The translations under genes and the position numbers were made by a program. From an uncultured Eubacteriales bacterium (GTDB taxonomy: Bacteria > Bacillota > Clostridia > Oscillospirales > CAG-272), in contig CAKSDZ010000005.1 in NCBI GenBank assembly GCA_934446365.1, positions 9,685 through 73,684 of the forward strand: a DNA stretch of 64,000 nt, read 5' to 3'. The notes under the pieces are model-generated. The model ran no database searches. It had not been told where the DNA came from and saw only the letters and a list, made by a program, of their open reading frames with translations. Below, piece by piece: positions 38,101 to 47,541 of this stretch. How positions within the stretch are numbered: the first letter of the stretch is position 1; each line of letters opens with the position of its first letter.

Positions 38101-39827
38101 ACACCGGTTGTTCCACCGGCAGCAAATTCAACAGACTTGTTATAAATAACCGTACCGAGAGCATTGCCCTTCATCCGAGCATTGCCGATAACCGTGCCGT
38201 TGCTGATAGAAGAATAGTAATCATATGTGTCCGTTGTCGAGCCGGCAACATTCGGGGTGCCGACAAAAAGGAACGGGTCAGACTCTTTGACAATGGCGGA
38301 ATCATATCTGCCGTCGCCGTCGATATCGTTGAATACGACCAAAGCCTCGCCTTGTGCAATGTTGATGATGGCATTTACAGCCTCATTCGGAGTCAGAACA
38401 GTGGTCAGGTCATCACCGGAATAGATCGCGATTTCATCGCTTGAACCGTTCACGGTATAAGTCTGTCCCTTGAAGTTAAGAACCGCAGAGGTGACAACGC
38501 CGTCTGCATCCTTCACAACATTCGTCCAAGAGGTTGCAAGCTCCGCGCTGTAAGAAGCGGGAAGCACCGGGCAGGTATTCTCCGTCGTTCCGATCTCACG
38601 GATGGTCCAGCCGACATACTTGGAAAGGTCAGCCGCACTGATGATGAGGTTGGTCGCCGCAGATGCACCGTTGGAACCATCACCGTAATCCTCGCCTTCC
38701 TTTGCGCTTGTCGCCTGCAAATAGGTATCGACAATCACGCTGTTGGAGGAAGCGCTGAGAGAGGAAACCGTGATCTTTTGGTCTGCCTCGGTATACGTGC
38801 CGTCGTTATCGTTATCAAGGTAAGCGTTTGTGCTCGTCGCGCTCTTATCGATAACAATATTGACAATCGAGCCGACATCAAGATAACCAAACACATTGAT
38901 TTCAGGCTCTTCGTTTGCAATATCTCTCTCCGGATTGAGGCCGAGAGAAATTCTGAGCATTTTCAGGAAAGACGCACCGTCGATCACGAGCGGAGCTGTG
39001 CCATCCGTCGGAAGAAGAACGACATCCTTCGCAGTGTCGAGCTCGTTGGTGTAGAGCAGGCCCTTCTGTCCGCCGAGAGCGAGCAGCGTGGACATGGATT
39101 CACCGTTGCAAACTCTGTTGATCGACTGAACATAGTAAGACTTGCCGACAACGCCTGTGCTGCCGCCGTTTACATCAAACCACTCACCGAGGTTGATGCC
39201 GTCGGAGGTTTCGGAATAATCCGAATCTGTCGGCTGCTTATTGAAGTTCATGATCGTAGCGAGGAGGTAAGCCGCCTCACCCTGTGTAAGCTCATAATCG
39301 GGATTGTAGGTATCCGTCTCTTTCATGAAGACGTCGTCAATCGCATGGCAGTATGTATTGGCAACCTGCATGTAATTGAATGCCCACGCATCCGCTGATG
39401 TGTCATACACCTTGTTCTCGTAGCCCATCACACGAACGATTACGGCACAAGCCTCCGCAAAGGTTGTGGCCTTATCGGGGCTGAACGTTCCGTCACCGTT
39501 ACCGATGATGAAGTTACGTCTTGCAGAGTACGCGATTGCAGCTTTGTGGTGAGCATCGGTTACATCCGTAAAGACTGTATTCGCAATCTGCTCATTCCAA
39601 GCTGTGTCGCTGAGCTGATGAGATTCGATCTTCGCGACCCAAAGCACGAATTCGTTTCTCGTAATTTTCTTGTCGGCATTTGCTCCAATGACCGCGATAC
39701 CGTTCTCTTCAATATAAGTTACGGCCTCGCTGTACCACTTGGAACCGGCTGCTGACAAGCTTGCAAATGTACCCACTACCATAACGATAGCGATTACAAG
39801 TGCAAGAATTCGCTTGAAGTTCTTCAT
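35184..39827 (-). CDS. Giant SLH-domain surface (S-layer-type) protein
   Basis: 1547 aa. Signal peptide, then SLH-like repeats in the first ~200 aa (WYSEAVTYIEENGI..., FTDVTDAHHKAAIAYSARRNFIIGNGDGTFSPD..., AWAFNYMQVA...). The remaining ~1300 aa are Thr/Tyr/Val/Asp-rich, Cys-free and beta-type. Strong AGGAGG RBS. Visibly lower GC and different codon choice from its neighbours. Confidence 0.88.
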   Translation of the reverse strand: MKNFKRILALVIAIVMVVGTFASLSAAGSKWYSEAVTYIEENGIAVIGANADKKITRNEFVLWVAKIESHQLSDTAWNEQIANTVFTDVTDAHHKAAIAYSARRNFIIGNGDGTFSPDKATTFAEACAVIVRVMGYENKVYDTSADAWAFNYMQVANTYCHAIDDVFMKETDTYNPDYELTQGEAAYLLATIMNFNKQPTDSDYSETSDGINLGEWFDVNGGSTGVVGKSYYVQSINRVCNGESMSTLLALGGQKGLLYTNELDTAKDVVLLPTDGTAPLVIDGASFLKMLRISLGLNPERDIANEEPEINVFGYLDVGSIVNIVIDKSATSTNAYLDNDNDGTYTEADQKITVSSLSASSNSVIVDTYLQATSAKEGEDYGDGSNGASAATNLIISAADLSKYVGWTIREIGTTENTCPVLPASYSAELATSWTNVVKDADGVVTSAVLNFKGQTYTVNGSSDEIAIYSGDDLTTVLTPNEAVNAIINIAQGEALVVFNDIDGDGRYDSAIVKESDPFLFVGTPNVAGSTTDTYDYYSSISNGTVIGNARMKGNALGTVIYNKSVEFAAGGTTGVADYRTDGYLLKDSATGKMQLILRASNKHFFIDGATDTYGNASPHFYKVVDLATFGVGVIEEVDAFALDNYYVAKIVQTDGTSKTVYIPVTPAEKTTLPVTVDGVTADYTFDSSNWCTFLTQMKDEVIASGIVSGVEDPSYKAATAAWMAGKYVQFAVDSDSKVIVMLGTDSSANVSGFVTGVTKTDTGENTFNVSIARYTSSKVAGVSTYEVRANASSMFDWQNYEVYNAIFSSKLADPYGMEDGRVNADEDLIYVTVYQDAATKYLKYNSTLSAGSWVNVEGRYNISLTEVEGSRVYADDKSSYTADYKGTVGFGPYYERTYNTTKKAYEYVLKFTRVVEYTGITGSATAVIDKTKTLMTPVYVGESGTVSTQLKATTDADFEKYTIANGFYIDDVTNLVYQLIDKAEIVYKTDDKGNIVYSDVKYDEESAEIAVEYTSGTEVLFSTYKVGKYATFTYAAADRDTTEGWYPGLSTVTLDGTTYTATSSTPVVIVTPSADGFTTTTTTLANVSTDGLFVTDWNAVVTDGKLSAIAIVGEKAAAYTDGSGTVTPDPTDEGTLVYLDSNAKAIVRAAAYGKSWLVVSDRSAYALPTGEEIGVIYREYSTYEEATKAAAIDLMIVGGHWYRIDENGKILSDASDITYETLPVVSLDGYQKITMIGNNSGSNWTGNVFEFYVSADTEVTERTFTSKNPYGNAPAGTYNEVPEGTELIYVNDDGSLTYYTNTKASGWTNYGVYRFTRTAKGTVSCLVPELSTLVSTTTEGNNIYLSNGKNYLVEGTVAYAVDDQVHKIEVEVKPLGTKQGTITKTDAAGNTYATIDGVKNVNVTNYDFAFFYRNADASVLYKAGDSTSVTVATRETYNAQIKTQQEAYDKAVKAYEEALAKGYLSEERIAYYKAEVDKTEAELVEAKNSLLDRYFNGRFWGVPNSPYYLYVQLGSGSFQQPTSTLTFNYVKVGDTYCVFSDEFILG

Positions 39828-39891
39828 AGTATTCCTCCTAATTATTTAAGTAACCGGCAGAAAGGCTCCACCAGTCGTACTTAGTGTAACT

Positions 39892-39920
39892 ATCCTACTA
39901 CAAACGAAAAAAAATTGCAA
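39892..39920 (-). promoter_or_regulatory. Proximal promoter candidate (P2) of SLH protein gene
   Basis: Minus strand TTGCAA (39915-39920), 17-nt spacer starting with T8, TAGGAT (39892-39897). Confidence 0.45.
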
Positions 39921-39931
39921 TAGTTTCCGCG

Positions 39932-39955
39932 ATTTTGTAACACAACTGTAACATT
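39932..39955 (-). promoter_or_regulatory. 24-nt upstream element, copy 2 (aatgttacagttgtgttacaaaat on minus strand)
   Basis: Near-identical to 40034-40057 (1 mismatch). It ends 11 nt upstream of the P2 -35. Confidence 0.6.
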
Positions 39956-39993
39956 CGCGGCAGATTTTCCCGTTTTGCAGAGTTTATATGATT

Positions 39994-40022
39994 AGCATAC
40001 GCGCCCCGAAGATTCTTGTCAA
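39994..40022 (-). promoter_or_regulatory. Distal promoter candidate (P1) of SLH protein gene
   Basis: Minus strand TTGACA (40017-40022), 17-nt spacer, TATGCT (39994-39999). Confidence 0.4.
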
Positions 40023-40033
40023 CGGGTTTCTCC

Positions 40034-40057
40034 ATTTTGTAACACAACTGAAACATT
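40034..40057 (-). promoter_or_regulatory. 24-nt upstream element, copy 1 (aatgtttcagttgtgttacaaaat on minus strand)
   Basis: It ends 11 nt upstream of the P1 -35, the same spacing as copy 2. Confidence 0.6.
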
Positions 40058-40083
40058 GAGAAGCGCTATATATAATATAAAAG

Positions 40084-40116
40084 GAAGAAAAAGCGCGTCC
40101 GGAATCCGAACGCGCC
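40084..40116 (-). terminator. pheT terminator
   Basis: gcgcgtccgg-aat-ccgaacgcgc hairpin, followed on the minus strand by tttttcttc. Confidence 0.5.
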
Positions 40117-40135
40117 GATATATCTGCCGTTATGG

Positions 40136-42571
40136 TTATGACTGCCTGATTGTAATCCCAAGTAGGCGCTCCACACCGCGCAAAATCTTCGCGGCGGCCT
40201 TGTCCGCCTCCTCCACTGTCAGCGTATGGTCGGAGCTGCGCAGGGCAACCGAGAACGAAACGCTTTTTTTGCCGCTTCCGATTTGAATCCCTCTGTAAAC
40301 ATCGAAAAAGGTGATATTCTCAATCAGGGAAACGCCGGACGCACGCATTGCATCCTCAATCGCGCCGACCGTAATGCTCTCATCGCAGATAAACGAGAAA
40401 TCGCGTGTCACAGCCGGGAATTTCGGCAAAGGCTTATAAGCCCTCTTCCGATTGGAGGACGCGTAGAGGTTTTCGAGATCGATTTCCGCAAGATAAACAG
40501 GCGAAGTGAACGTATAACCGGCCGCCACCGTCGGATGCAGCTCTCCCAGAATACCGAGCGGCAGTCCGTTTTTCGCCGTCACCACGGCGCATCTTCCGGG
40601 ATGGAAAGTCGGATCCGATATCTCCGCCGCAAATTTGGCCTCCACGCCCGCATAGGCAAAGATCGCCTCGCACATACCTTTGAGACGGGAAAAATCGCCG
40701 GAACCGTACATTCCGAGCATAATCTTGACCCTTTCGTCCGGCAGCGTGCCTTCAAGTCCGTGCGTATTGGTGACAATACCCTCCCGCGGCAGAAATACGC
40801 GCGCCATCTCATAAAGCGCCGCCGTCTCCGCGCTCTTATTGCAGTTGATTTCGAGCGTTTCAAGCATCGACGGAATTGCCGTCGTGCGCATGGTTTTGGA
40901 ATCCTCGCCGAATGGATTCATAATCTCAACCGAGCGGCGGCGGCTGTCGTCCGGCGCCAAACCGGCTTTGTCATAAAGCTTTGCCGACATAAAGGAATAT
41001 GTGTAGATTTCATCAAGTCCGAAGCCGCAGAGAAGCCCATGCAGCTCCTCCGTGAATTTCTGCTTCTCCGTAAGTCCCCCCTGTGTCATGGCGGCGACGA
41101 TATTGCCGGATTCAATCTCGTTATAGCCGTAGATTCTCACGACCTCTTCGGCGATATCGTTCATGCAGCGCACATCGTCGCGGTACGACGGGACGTATAC
41201 CTTCCCATCCTTCACGACAAAATGAAGGCTTTCCAGAATCTCCGTCATTTTTTCGGCGGACAGACGGATTCCGAGAAACCGATTGATTTTTTCCGGCTCA
41301 AAGGGGACGGTCGCCGTCGCTTTCTTTTCGGGATAAAGATCGATCATGCCGGAAACGACCTCGCCGGCGCCCAATAAATTCACAAGCTCGCAGGCGCGTT
41401 CCAGCGCCGGGACGGTATTCTCGACGTCCAGCCCTTTTTCAAAACGCGAGGAGGCGTCGGTGCGCATACCAAGCTTTTTCGCCGTGATGCGCACGGAGCT
41501 GCCGAGAAACATCGCGGATTCAAACACCACGGTCGTCGTCTCCTCCGTGATTTCGCTGTTCGCGCCGCCCATGACGCCGGCAATTCCGACCGGCTTTTTG
41601 CCGTCGGCAATCACCAGCATATCCGCGTCGAGCAGACGCTCTTGGCCGTCGAGCGTCAGGAAAGCTTCCTTATCGCCCGCGGTGCGCACCTCGATATGCT
41701 TCCCGTCGAGGCATTTATAATCGAACGCATGCATCGGCTGTCCGTATTCCAGCATGACATAGTTCGTGATATCGACAATATTGTTAATCGGACGCACGCC
41801 GGATGCGCGCAGTCTCATGCGCAGCCAAAGCGGCGAGGGCGCAATTTTCACGTTTTTGATCACGCGCGCGCTGTAACGGAAGCATTTTTCCGTATCCTTA
41901 ATCGCAATATCGATATAATTTTTGATATCGTCGCCCGCTTCCTTTACCGTAGGCACCGGAATATGCAGCGGCCGCTCGAAGCTTGCCGCGCTCTCGCGTG
42001 CCAGCCCGATGACGGAAAGACAGTCGGGACGGTTCGGCGTGATTTCAAATTCGACGGCGCGGTCGCGCATTTCGAGCACATCGACGATATCGTCGCCCGG
42101 CTTGCAGCCGAGATGATAGTCATTCAGAATCAGAATGCCGTCGGTTGCGGCGCCCGGCATATCGTGCGTCGTGAGCCCAAGCTCCTCAATCGAGCAGAAC
42201 ATGCCCTCGGAAACAAGACCGCGCAGCTTGCCGGACTTGATTTCCACGCCCGTGGCAAGCTTTGCCACGCGCTTTTCATCTTTCGGACAATAGCAGACGG
42301 GCACGAGCGCCCCCTCAAACACGTTTTTCGCCGCGGTGATGATTTGCAATGTCTTTTCTCCGCAGTCCACCTCGCAGACGACGAGACGCTCCGCGTCCGG
42401 ATGCTGCTCGATCTTCCGAATGAGCCCCACCTTTACATTCTCGATTTCAGAGCCGAGAAGCTCATATCCCTCCACCTTGGAGCCGGTGTCGGTCATTCTG
42501 TCGCAGTATTTTTTGATTTCAATATCTTCACAGTCCACAAAATCGGACAGCCATTTCATCGATAAAACCAT
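40136..42571 (-). CDS. pheT: Phenylalanine--tRNA ligase beta subunit
   Basis: 811 aa. N-terminal tRNA-binding (OB) domain, B3/4, B5 and FDX-ACB C-terminal domain order. Follows pheS. Confidence 0.93.
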   Translation of the reverse strand: MVLSMKWLSDFVDCEDIEIKKYCDRMTDTGSKVEGYELLGSEIENVKVGLIRKIEQHPDAERLVVCEVDCGEKTLQIITAAKNVFEGALVPVCYCPKDEKRVAKLATGVEIKSGKLRGLVSEGMFCSIEELGLTTHDMPGAATDGILILNDYHLGCKPGDDIVDVLEMRDRAVEFEITPNRPDCLSVIGLARESAASFERPLHIPVPTVKEAGDDIKNYIDIAIKDTEKCFRYSARVIKNVKIAPSPLWLRMRLRASGVRPINNIVDITNYVMLEYGQPMHAFDYKCLDGKHIEVRTAGDKEAFLTLDGQERLLDADMLVIADGKKPVGIAGVMGGANSEITEETTTVVFESAMFLGSSVRITAKKLGMRTDASSRFEKGLDVENTVPALERACELVNLLGAGEVVSGMIDLYPEKKATATVPFEPEKINRFLGIRLSAEKMTEILESLHFVVKDGKVYVPSYRDDVRCMNDIAEEVVRIYGYNEIESGNIVAAMTQGGLTEKQKFTEELHGLLCGFGLDEIYTYSFMSAKLYDKAGLAPDDSRRRSVEIMNPFGEDSKTMRTTAIPSMLETLEINCNKSAETAALYEMARVFLPREGIVTNTHGLEGTLPDERVKIMLGMYGSGDFSRLKGMCEAIFAYAGVEAKFAAEISDPTFHPGRCAVVTAKNGLPLGILGELHPTVAAGYTFTSPVYLAEIDLENLYASSNRKRAYKPLPKFPAVTRDFSFICDESITVGAIEDAMRASGVSLIENITFFDVYRGIQIGSGKKSVSFSVALRSSDHTLTVEEADKAAAKILRGVERLLGITIRQS

Positions 42572-42592
42572 AATTTTCCGCCTCCTTACCGA

Positions 42593-43603
42593 TTAAAACT
42601 GATGCAGGAACCGCACATCGTTCTCATAAAGCAGCCGCATATCGTCGATGCCGAGTCTTGCCATCGTGATTCTTTCCACACCCATGCCGAAAGCAAAGCC
42701 GGAATACTCCTCCGGGTCGATGCCGCAGTTCGAGAGCACGAACGGATGCACCATGCCGGAGCCGAGAATCTCAATCCAGCCCTCTCCCTTGCAGAGCCGG
42801 CAGCCCTTGCCGCCGCAGACAAAGCAGGACACATCCACCTCGGCGGAAGGCTCCGTAAACGGGAAATGATGCGGGCGGAAGCGGATTTTCGTCTCCTCGC
42901 CGAACATGCGCTTCGCAAACAGCTCGAGAATCCCTTTGAGGTCCCCCATCGTGATGCCGTGATCGACGACAAGCCCCTCCACCTGATGGAAAATCGGAGA
43001 ATGGGTTGCATCGGCGGGGTCCGCACGGTATACACGCCCCGGTGAAATCACGCGGATCGGCGGTTTCTGCACCTCCATCGTCCTCACCTGTACGGGAGAC
43101 GTTTGGGAACGCAGCAAAATGTTATCCGTAATATAAAAGGTATCCTGTGTATCGCGCGCCGGATGATTCTTCGGCAGATTCAGCGCCTCGAAATTGTAGT
43201 AGTCGTATTCGATCTCCGGTCCCTCCGCGACGGAAAATCCCATTCCGACGAAGATATCGCGCAGCATCGCCTCCGTCTGCGCAAGCGGATGACGGTGCCC
43301 GACCGTAAATTTCTCTCCCGGAATCGTTACGTCAAGCGCTTCCGATGCCAGCCGGCGCTCGAGCTCACGCTTCTTTTTCAGCTCCGCTTTTGCGGCAAGC
43401 GCCTCTTCGATTCTGCCTCTCACTTCATTTGCCAGCTGCCCGATAAGGGGACGCTCCTCGGGAGAAACGTTTCCCATTCCGCGCAAAACGGCGGTCAGCT
43501 CTCCTTTTTTACCGAGATATTTGATCCGAAGCTCCTCGATATCGTCCGAGGAATTGATCTCACGGGTTGCTTTTTCTCTGATTTTTTCCAGCAGTTCCTT
43601 CAT
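42593..43603 (-). CDS. pheS: Phenylalanine--tRNA ligase alpha subunit
   Basis: 336 aa. Class II aaRS motifs ([28 protein letters not shown]...[11 protein letters not shown]). Confidence 0.93.
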   Translation of the reverse strand: MKELLEKIREKATREINSSDDIEELRIKYLGKKGELTAVLRGMGNVSPEERPLIGQLANEVRGRIEEALAAKAELKKKRELERRLASEALDVTIPGEKFTVGHRHPLAQTEAMLRDIFVGMGFSVAEGPEIEYDYYNFEALNLPKNHPARDTQDTFYITDNILLRSQTSPVQVRTMEVQKPPIRVISPGRVYRADPADATHSPIFHQVEGLVVDHGITMGDLKGILELFAKRMFGEETKIRFRPHHFPFTEPSAEVDVSCFVCGGKGCRLCKGEGWIEILGSGMVHPFVLSNCGIDPEEYSGFAFGMGVERITMARLGIDDMRLLYENDVRFLHQF

Positions 43604-43639
43604 TCTGTTCTATCCTTTCTTTATAATCGATATGAAAAG

Positions 43640-43880
43640 AGCGAAAAACAAAAAGCTCCCGTCCACATAAAAAGGGACGGGAGCATATTTCTTCCGCGGT
43701 ACCACCCGAATTTCCGCATATAGCGCGGACACTCTTCTCTGTCCGTAACGGGGACAATCCGTGCGCCGCTACTCATGCTTCACGGCGTCCGCTCCGAAGC
43801 GAAAGGCGATATTCCATACGGACGGTTTGCTTTCAGCCGGTGACAAACCTCTCTTTTATCCGCAATCAAAGAAATAAAGC
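43640..43880 (-). promoter_or_regulatory. T-box riboswitch leader of pheST
   Basis: The minus strand carries the T-box sequence aaattcGGGTGGTACCGCGgaag (43691-43713). It is followed by terminator gctcccgtcc-loop-ggacgggagc plus ttttt (43644-43684). AGAGA and AGTA-like boxes lie upstream. UUC (Phe) codons are present in the specifier region (cctTTCgcTTCgga). Confidence 0.85.
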
Positions 43881-44045
43881 CGCTTCTTCCCAGCGTTTTC
43901 GATGTGTTTCATATAGGATACCACAATTCATCGGGATTTGCAACAGAAATTTTAAATTTTTTTACAAAATGCTTCGTAATCATGGCTTATAAGAAAAAAT
44001 AATTTTTTGATAAAACAAATTGTCATGATTTGTTCATAATTTATA

Positions 44046-44074
44046 TTGACTTTTTCTCCTGAACCGTATATAAT
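44046..44074 (+). promoter_or_regulatory. Sigma-70-type promoter
   Basis: TTGACT (44046-44051), 17-nt spacer, TATAAT (44069-44074). Confidence 0.5.
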
Positions 44075-44108
44075 AAAAGTATAAAATTGTTTTTGGAGGA
44101 TTTACTGA

Positions 44109-44546
44109 ATGAAAACTTGTAAAAGAATTTTTGCGGCGTGTCTTGTCGTGTCTCTCGTTTTTCTTCTTGCTTCCTGCGGAACTTTCAGCAAAATCAAGAA
44201 GAATTTCACGGATGCCGGCTATACATATGTAGAAAGCTCCGACGATGATGATGCGAAAACCGCCAATACCATCGCCGCGCAGCTCGAAGAAGGTGAGATT
44301 TCCTGCACGCTTCACATATTCAAAAAAGAACTCGTGTCCGTCGGCAGCGCGACAACCTACAAATGGGCGTTCGTTTTGGAATTCAAGTCTGATGCGGAGC
44401 TTCAGAAGGCTTTTGAAGAAAACGGAAGCGCTACTCTGAAAGGGCTCATTACCGACGCGCAGAATTCCGACTATGTCAACGGAAACTGCATTCTTCTCCC
44501 GTCTATCTTAGATAACAGCGAAAAGGTTGAAATTTTCAACAAATAA
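44109..44546 (+). CDS. Hypothetical lipoprotein
   Basis: 145 aa. Lipobox LLASCG after a signal helix. GGAGG RBS. Confidence 0.6.
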   Translation: MKTCKRIFAACLVVSLVFLLASCGTFSKIKKNFTDAGYTYVESSDDDDAKTANTIAAQLEEGEISCTLHIFKKELVSVGSATTYKWAFVLEFKSDAELQKAFEENGSATLKGLITDAQNSDYVNGNCILLPSILDNSEKVEIFNK

Positions 44547-44561
44547 TTTTCAGAGTAAAAA

Positions 44562-44596
44562 ATTCGCCGGATGATAAAATCCGGCGAGTTTTTTTA
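44562..44596 (+). terminator. Rho-independent terminator
   Basis: ttcgccggat-gataaa-atccggcgag followed by ttttttt. Confidence 0.65.
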
Positions 44597-44662
44597 TTTT
44601 TCACAAATCAAGCAAAATTCCATTTATTTTCAGCCAAAAAGCAGCAAAAAAGCACATTTCGC

Positions 44663-44691
44663 TTGACATTGGTATACAGATATATTATAAT
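44663..44691 (+). promoter_or_regulatory. Sigma-70-type promoter of rny
   Basis: TTGACA (44663-44668), 17-nt spacer, TATAAT (44686-44691). Confidence 0.55.
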
Positions 44692-44798
44692 AATAGTATG
44701 TTGCGGAGGATTTTGAGCGATTGAGCTTTCTCCTTTCGCGGCGGGTTTATTCCTTAATAAAATAAAAGAAATTACAAAAAGGAGGTGTTATATAAGCT

Positions 44799-46343
44799 TT
44801 GAAAGACATCATCATTCCATTGATCGTGGGTATTGTCGCGCTTGTTATCGGTGCGCTCATCGGATATGTGCTCCGTAAGAAAACCGCGGAAAAGAAAATC
44901 GAATCCGCAGAAAAAGAAGCGGAACGAATCGTCGCCGAGGCGGTCAAAACCGGCGAAGCAAAGCGCAAGGAAATGATCGTTGAAGCAAAAGAGGATATCC
45001 TGAAAGCCAAAACCGAGGCGGAGCGGGAAAACAAGGAACGCCGTCAAGAGCTTTTGAGACTGGAAAACAAGGCGCTGGCTAAGGAGGAAACGCTTGAACG
45101 GAAAATCGAAAACTTCGAGCGTAAGGATGAAGCTCTGAACAGAAAGATCAAGGAAAACGAAAGGCTCCAAGGGGAAATCGAGCAGATCCGGCAAAGTCAG
45201 CTTGCAAGGCTTGAAGAAATTTCCGGCTATACCGCCGAAACGGCAAAAGCCGAGCTTGTTTCCAAGATCGAATCCGAAGCGAAACGTGAAGCGGCTGCGA
45301 AGCTCGCACAGATCGAAAGCGATCTCCACAATGAAGCCGATACCAAAGCCAAAAACATCATTTCTCTCGCCATTCAGCGAATCGCGTCCGACCAGGTTTC
45401 GGAAACCACCGTTTCCGTTGTCCCGCTCCCCAGCGATGAGATGAAGGGACGCATTATCGGCCGCGAGGGACGAAACATTCACAAAATCGAAACGCTTACA
45501 GGTGTTGATCTGATTATCGACGATACGCCGGAGGCGATCACGCTCTCCTGCTTCGACCCGATCAGACGCGAAATTGCAAGAATTACGCTTGAAAAGCTGA
45601 TATCGGACGGACGGATTCATCCGTCAAGAATCGAGGAAACCGTTGAAAAAGCACGGCGCGAGGTGGAGGCTTCCATCAAACAGGCCGGAGAAAAGGCCGC
45701 GTTTGATACCGGCGTCAACGGACTGCATCCCGACCTCGTCCGCTTCCTCGGAAGACTGAAATACCGCACCAGCTACGGACAAAATGTATTGACTCACTCG
45801 GTTGAGGTTGCCTATCTCGCCGGTATTATGGCAAATGAGCTTGGCGTTGACAGCGTACTTGCAAGACGCGCGGGACTGCTCCACGACATCGGCAAGGCAC
45901 TGACGCAAGAGGTTGAGGGCTCCCACATTCAGCTCGGCGTCGAAATCGCGCGCAAGTTCAAGGAAAATAAGGACGTCATTCATGCGATTGAAGCGCATCA
46001 CGGAGACGTAGAGGCACAGACCGTCATCGCGGTTCTCGTTCAGGCGGCGGATGCGATTTCCGCGGCAAGACCGGGCGCAAGACGCGAGGATCTCGACAGT
46101 TACATTAAGAGACTGCAAAAGCTCGAAGAAATTTCCAACAGTTTCCCGGGAGTGGAAAAATCCTATGCCATTCAGGCGGGACGCGAAATCCGAATCATGG
46201 TAAAACCCGAACAGGTTGGCGACGACCAGATGATCGTCGTGGCACGCGACATTGCAAACAAGATCGAATCGGAGCTTGAATATCCCGGCCAGATCAAGGT
46301 CAATGTCATCCGCGAAAGCCGTGTCGCGGAATACGCAAAATAA
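44799..46343 (+). CDS. rny: Ribonuclease Y
   Basis: 514 aa. TTG start after AAAGGAGG. N-terminal TM, coiled coil, KH domain ([11 protein letters not shown]) and HD domain ([10 protein letters not shown]...LLHDIGKA). Confidence 0.92.
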   Translation: MKDIIIPLIVGIVALVIGALIGYVLRKKTAEKKIESAEKEAERIVAEAVKTGEAKRKEMIVEAKEDILKAKTEAERENKERRQELLRLENKALAKEETLERKIENFERKDEALNRKIKENERLQGEIEQIRQSQLARLEEISGYTAETAKAELVSKIESEAKREAAAKLAQIESDLHNEADTKAKNIISLAIQRIASDQVSETTVSVVPLPSDEMKGRIIGREGRNIHKIETLTGVDLIIDDTPEAITLSCFDPIRREIARITLEKLISDGRIHPSRIEETVEKARREVEASIKQAGEKAAFDTGVNGLHPDLVRFLGRLKYRTSYGQNVLTHSVEVAYLAGIMANELGVDSVLARRAGLLHDIGKALTQEVEGSHIQLGVEIARKFKENKDVIHAIEAHHGDVEAQTVIAVLVQAADAISAARPGARREDLDSYIKRLQKLEEISNSFPGVEKSYAIQAGREIRIMVKPEQVGDDQMIVVARDIANKIESELEYPGQIKVNVIRESRVAEYAK

Positions 46344-46427
46344 AAAACGGCAAATTTTATATATAGATTTTCATATAGATTGCAATAAATGAAAACATCG
46401 GGCAACCGAGCATATATAAGATTATAG

Positions 46428-46457
46428 AAAGAGCGGGCGATGCCCGTTCTTTTTTCT
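46428..46457 (+). terminator. rny terminator
   Basis: gagcgggc-gat-gcccgttc (one G.U pair) followed by ttttttc. Confidence 0.5.
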
Positions 46458-46517
46458 TGACAAATTTTTCTCAGACCGATATACTGGACATAATTTATAA
46501 GGAAGGAACTTTCTCCT

Positions 46518-47009
46518 ATGAAGCCGCTTTTTGAAACGATGACGTTCCATAACAGCCGTCCGCTTTCGGATAATCTGAAAGCGCTCTCATTTGACACGGT
46601 ACCGTCAAAGCTTTCCGCTTTTTCGGTTGTCCGATATCATGAACATAAACACTTTGCAGGGGAAATATCCGAAACGGACGGTACTTTCCGCATTTACCCG
46701 ATCGTTTCGTATCGGTCTTCTTTCCTGCCATCTATCATCCATGGCAGCATAACAAAAGAAAATGGCGGCTCAAAGATCGAGCTTATAATTTCACCGCCGG
46801 AATTACTCCGCATCTTTTTTATTTTTCTCCTGAGCTTCGCCTGTCTTATCTTGCTTTTCGCTATCCTGATGAAACCGTTTTCTATTCTCATGCTGCTTTT
46901 CCTGCTCTTGATTTTTCTTGCTTTTTTCCTCTCAGCCTATGGCATGATGTACCGCTTTTATCGGAAAGAAGCGAAAAAATGCAAAGAAAGACTAACCTCT
47001 CTATTTTAA
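46518..47009 (+). CDS. Hypothetical membrane protein
   Basis: 163 aa. Soluble N-terminal half, then two long hydrophobic helices. Followed by a perfect terminator. Confidence 0.5.
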   Translation: MKPLFETMTFHNSRPLSDNLKALSFDTVPSKLSAFSVVRYHEHKHFAGEISETDGTFRIYPIVSYRSSFLPSIIHGSITKENGGSKIELIISPPELLRIFFIFLLSFACLILLFAILMKPFSILMLLFLLLIFLAFFLSAYGMMYRFYRKEAKKCKERLTSLF

Positions 47010-47013
47010 CATC

Positions 47014-47051
47014 AAAAGAACCACCCTTTGTGCGCAAAGGGTGGTTCTTTT
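47014..47051. terminator. Bidirectional rho-independent terminator
   Basis: aaaagaaccaccctttg-tgcg-caaagggtggttctttt. Confidence 0.65.
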
Positions 47052-47088
47052 GATTGCTCATAGAAAAATTTCCATTTATAAACGGTTT

Positions 47089-47541
47089 TCAGCTATTTCC
47101 GCGCTGAAAGAGGAAACCCTCCTCCACATTGCCGCGCAGAACATACCCATAGGTCCCGCCGTAGGAGACGGCGATGCCGAGACTGCCTGCCCGCACCTCA
47201 GAGCCGTCGGCAAGCACAAGATATAATTCAAAGCTGAAAGCTCGCAGGTCGGCATCCTCAGAAAACATATCTTTTTCAAATCGGAAAGTAAGCGTCTCTC
47301 CCTTTGGGAGCGAACTTCCCGTCGTGCCTGCTGCCGCAGAGGAAGAAGCCACCAATATTTTCCCGATTTCATCCGTATCGCCGACGTAATATTCCACAAA
47401 AGCCGACTGTATTTCCGCATCGCATTGATTTTCAAATGTCACGGAAAAGCTGTTTTTCGATTTACATCCGGCAGCAGGGAGCAAAAAAAGCATCGACAGC
47501 AAGAAAGAAAAAAATTTTTTCATATTTTTCCTCACATGCAC
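47089..47541 (-). CDS. Hypothetical lipoprotein
   Basis: 150 aa. Signal helix plus lipobox LLPAAGC. 10-nt overlap with the upstream dipeptidase gene. Confidence 0.55.
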   Translation of the reverse strand: MHVRKNMKKFFSFLLSMLFLLPAAGCKSKNSFSVTFENQCDAEIQSAFVEYYVGDTDEIGKILVASSSAAAGTTGSSLPKGETLTFRFEKDMFSEDADLRAFSFELYLVLADGSEVRAGSLGIAVSYGGTYGYVLRGNVEEGFLFQRGNS

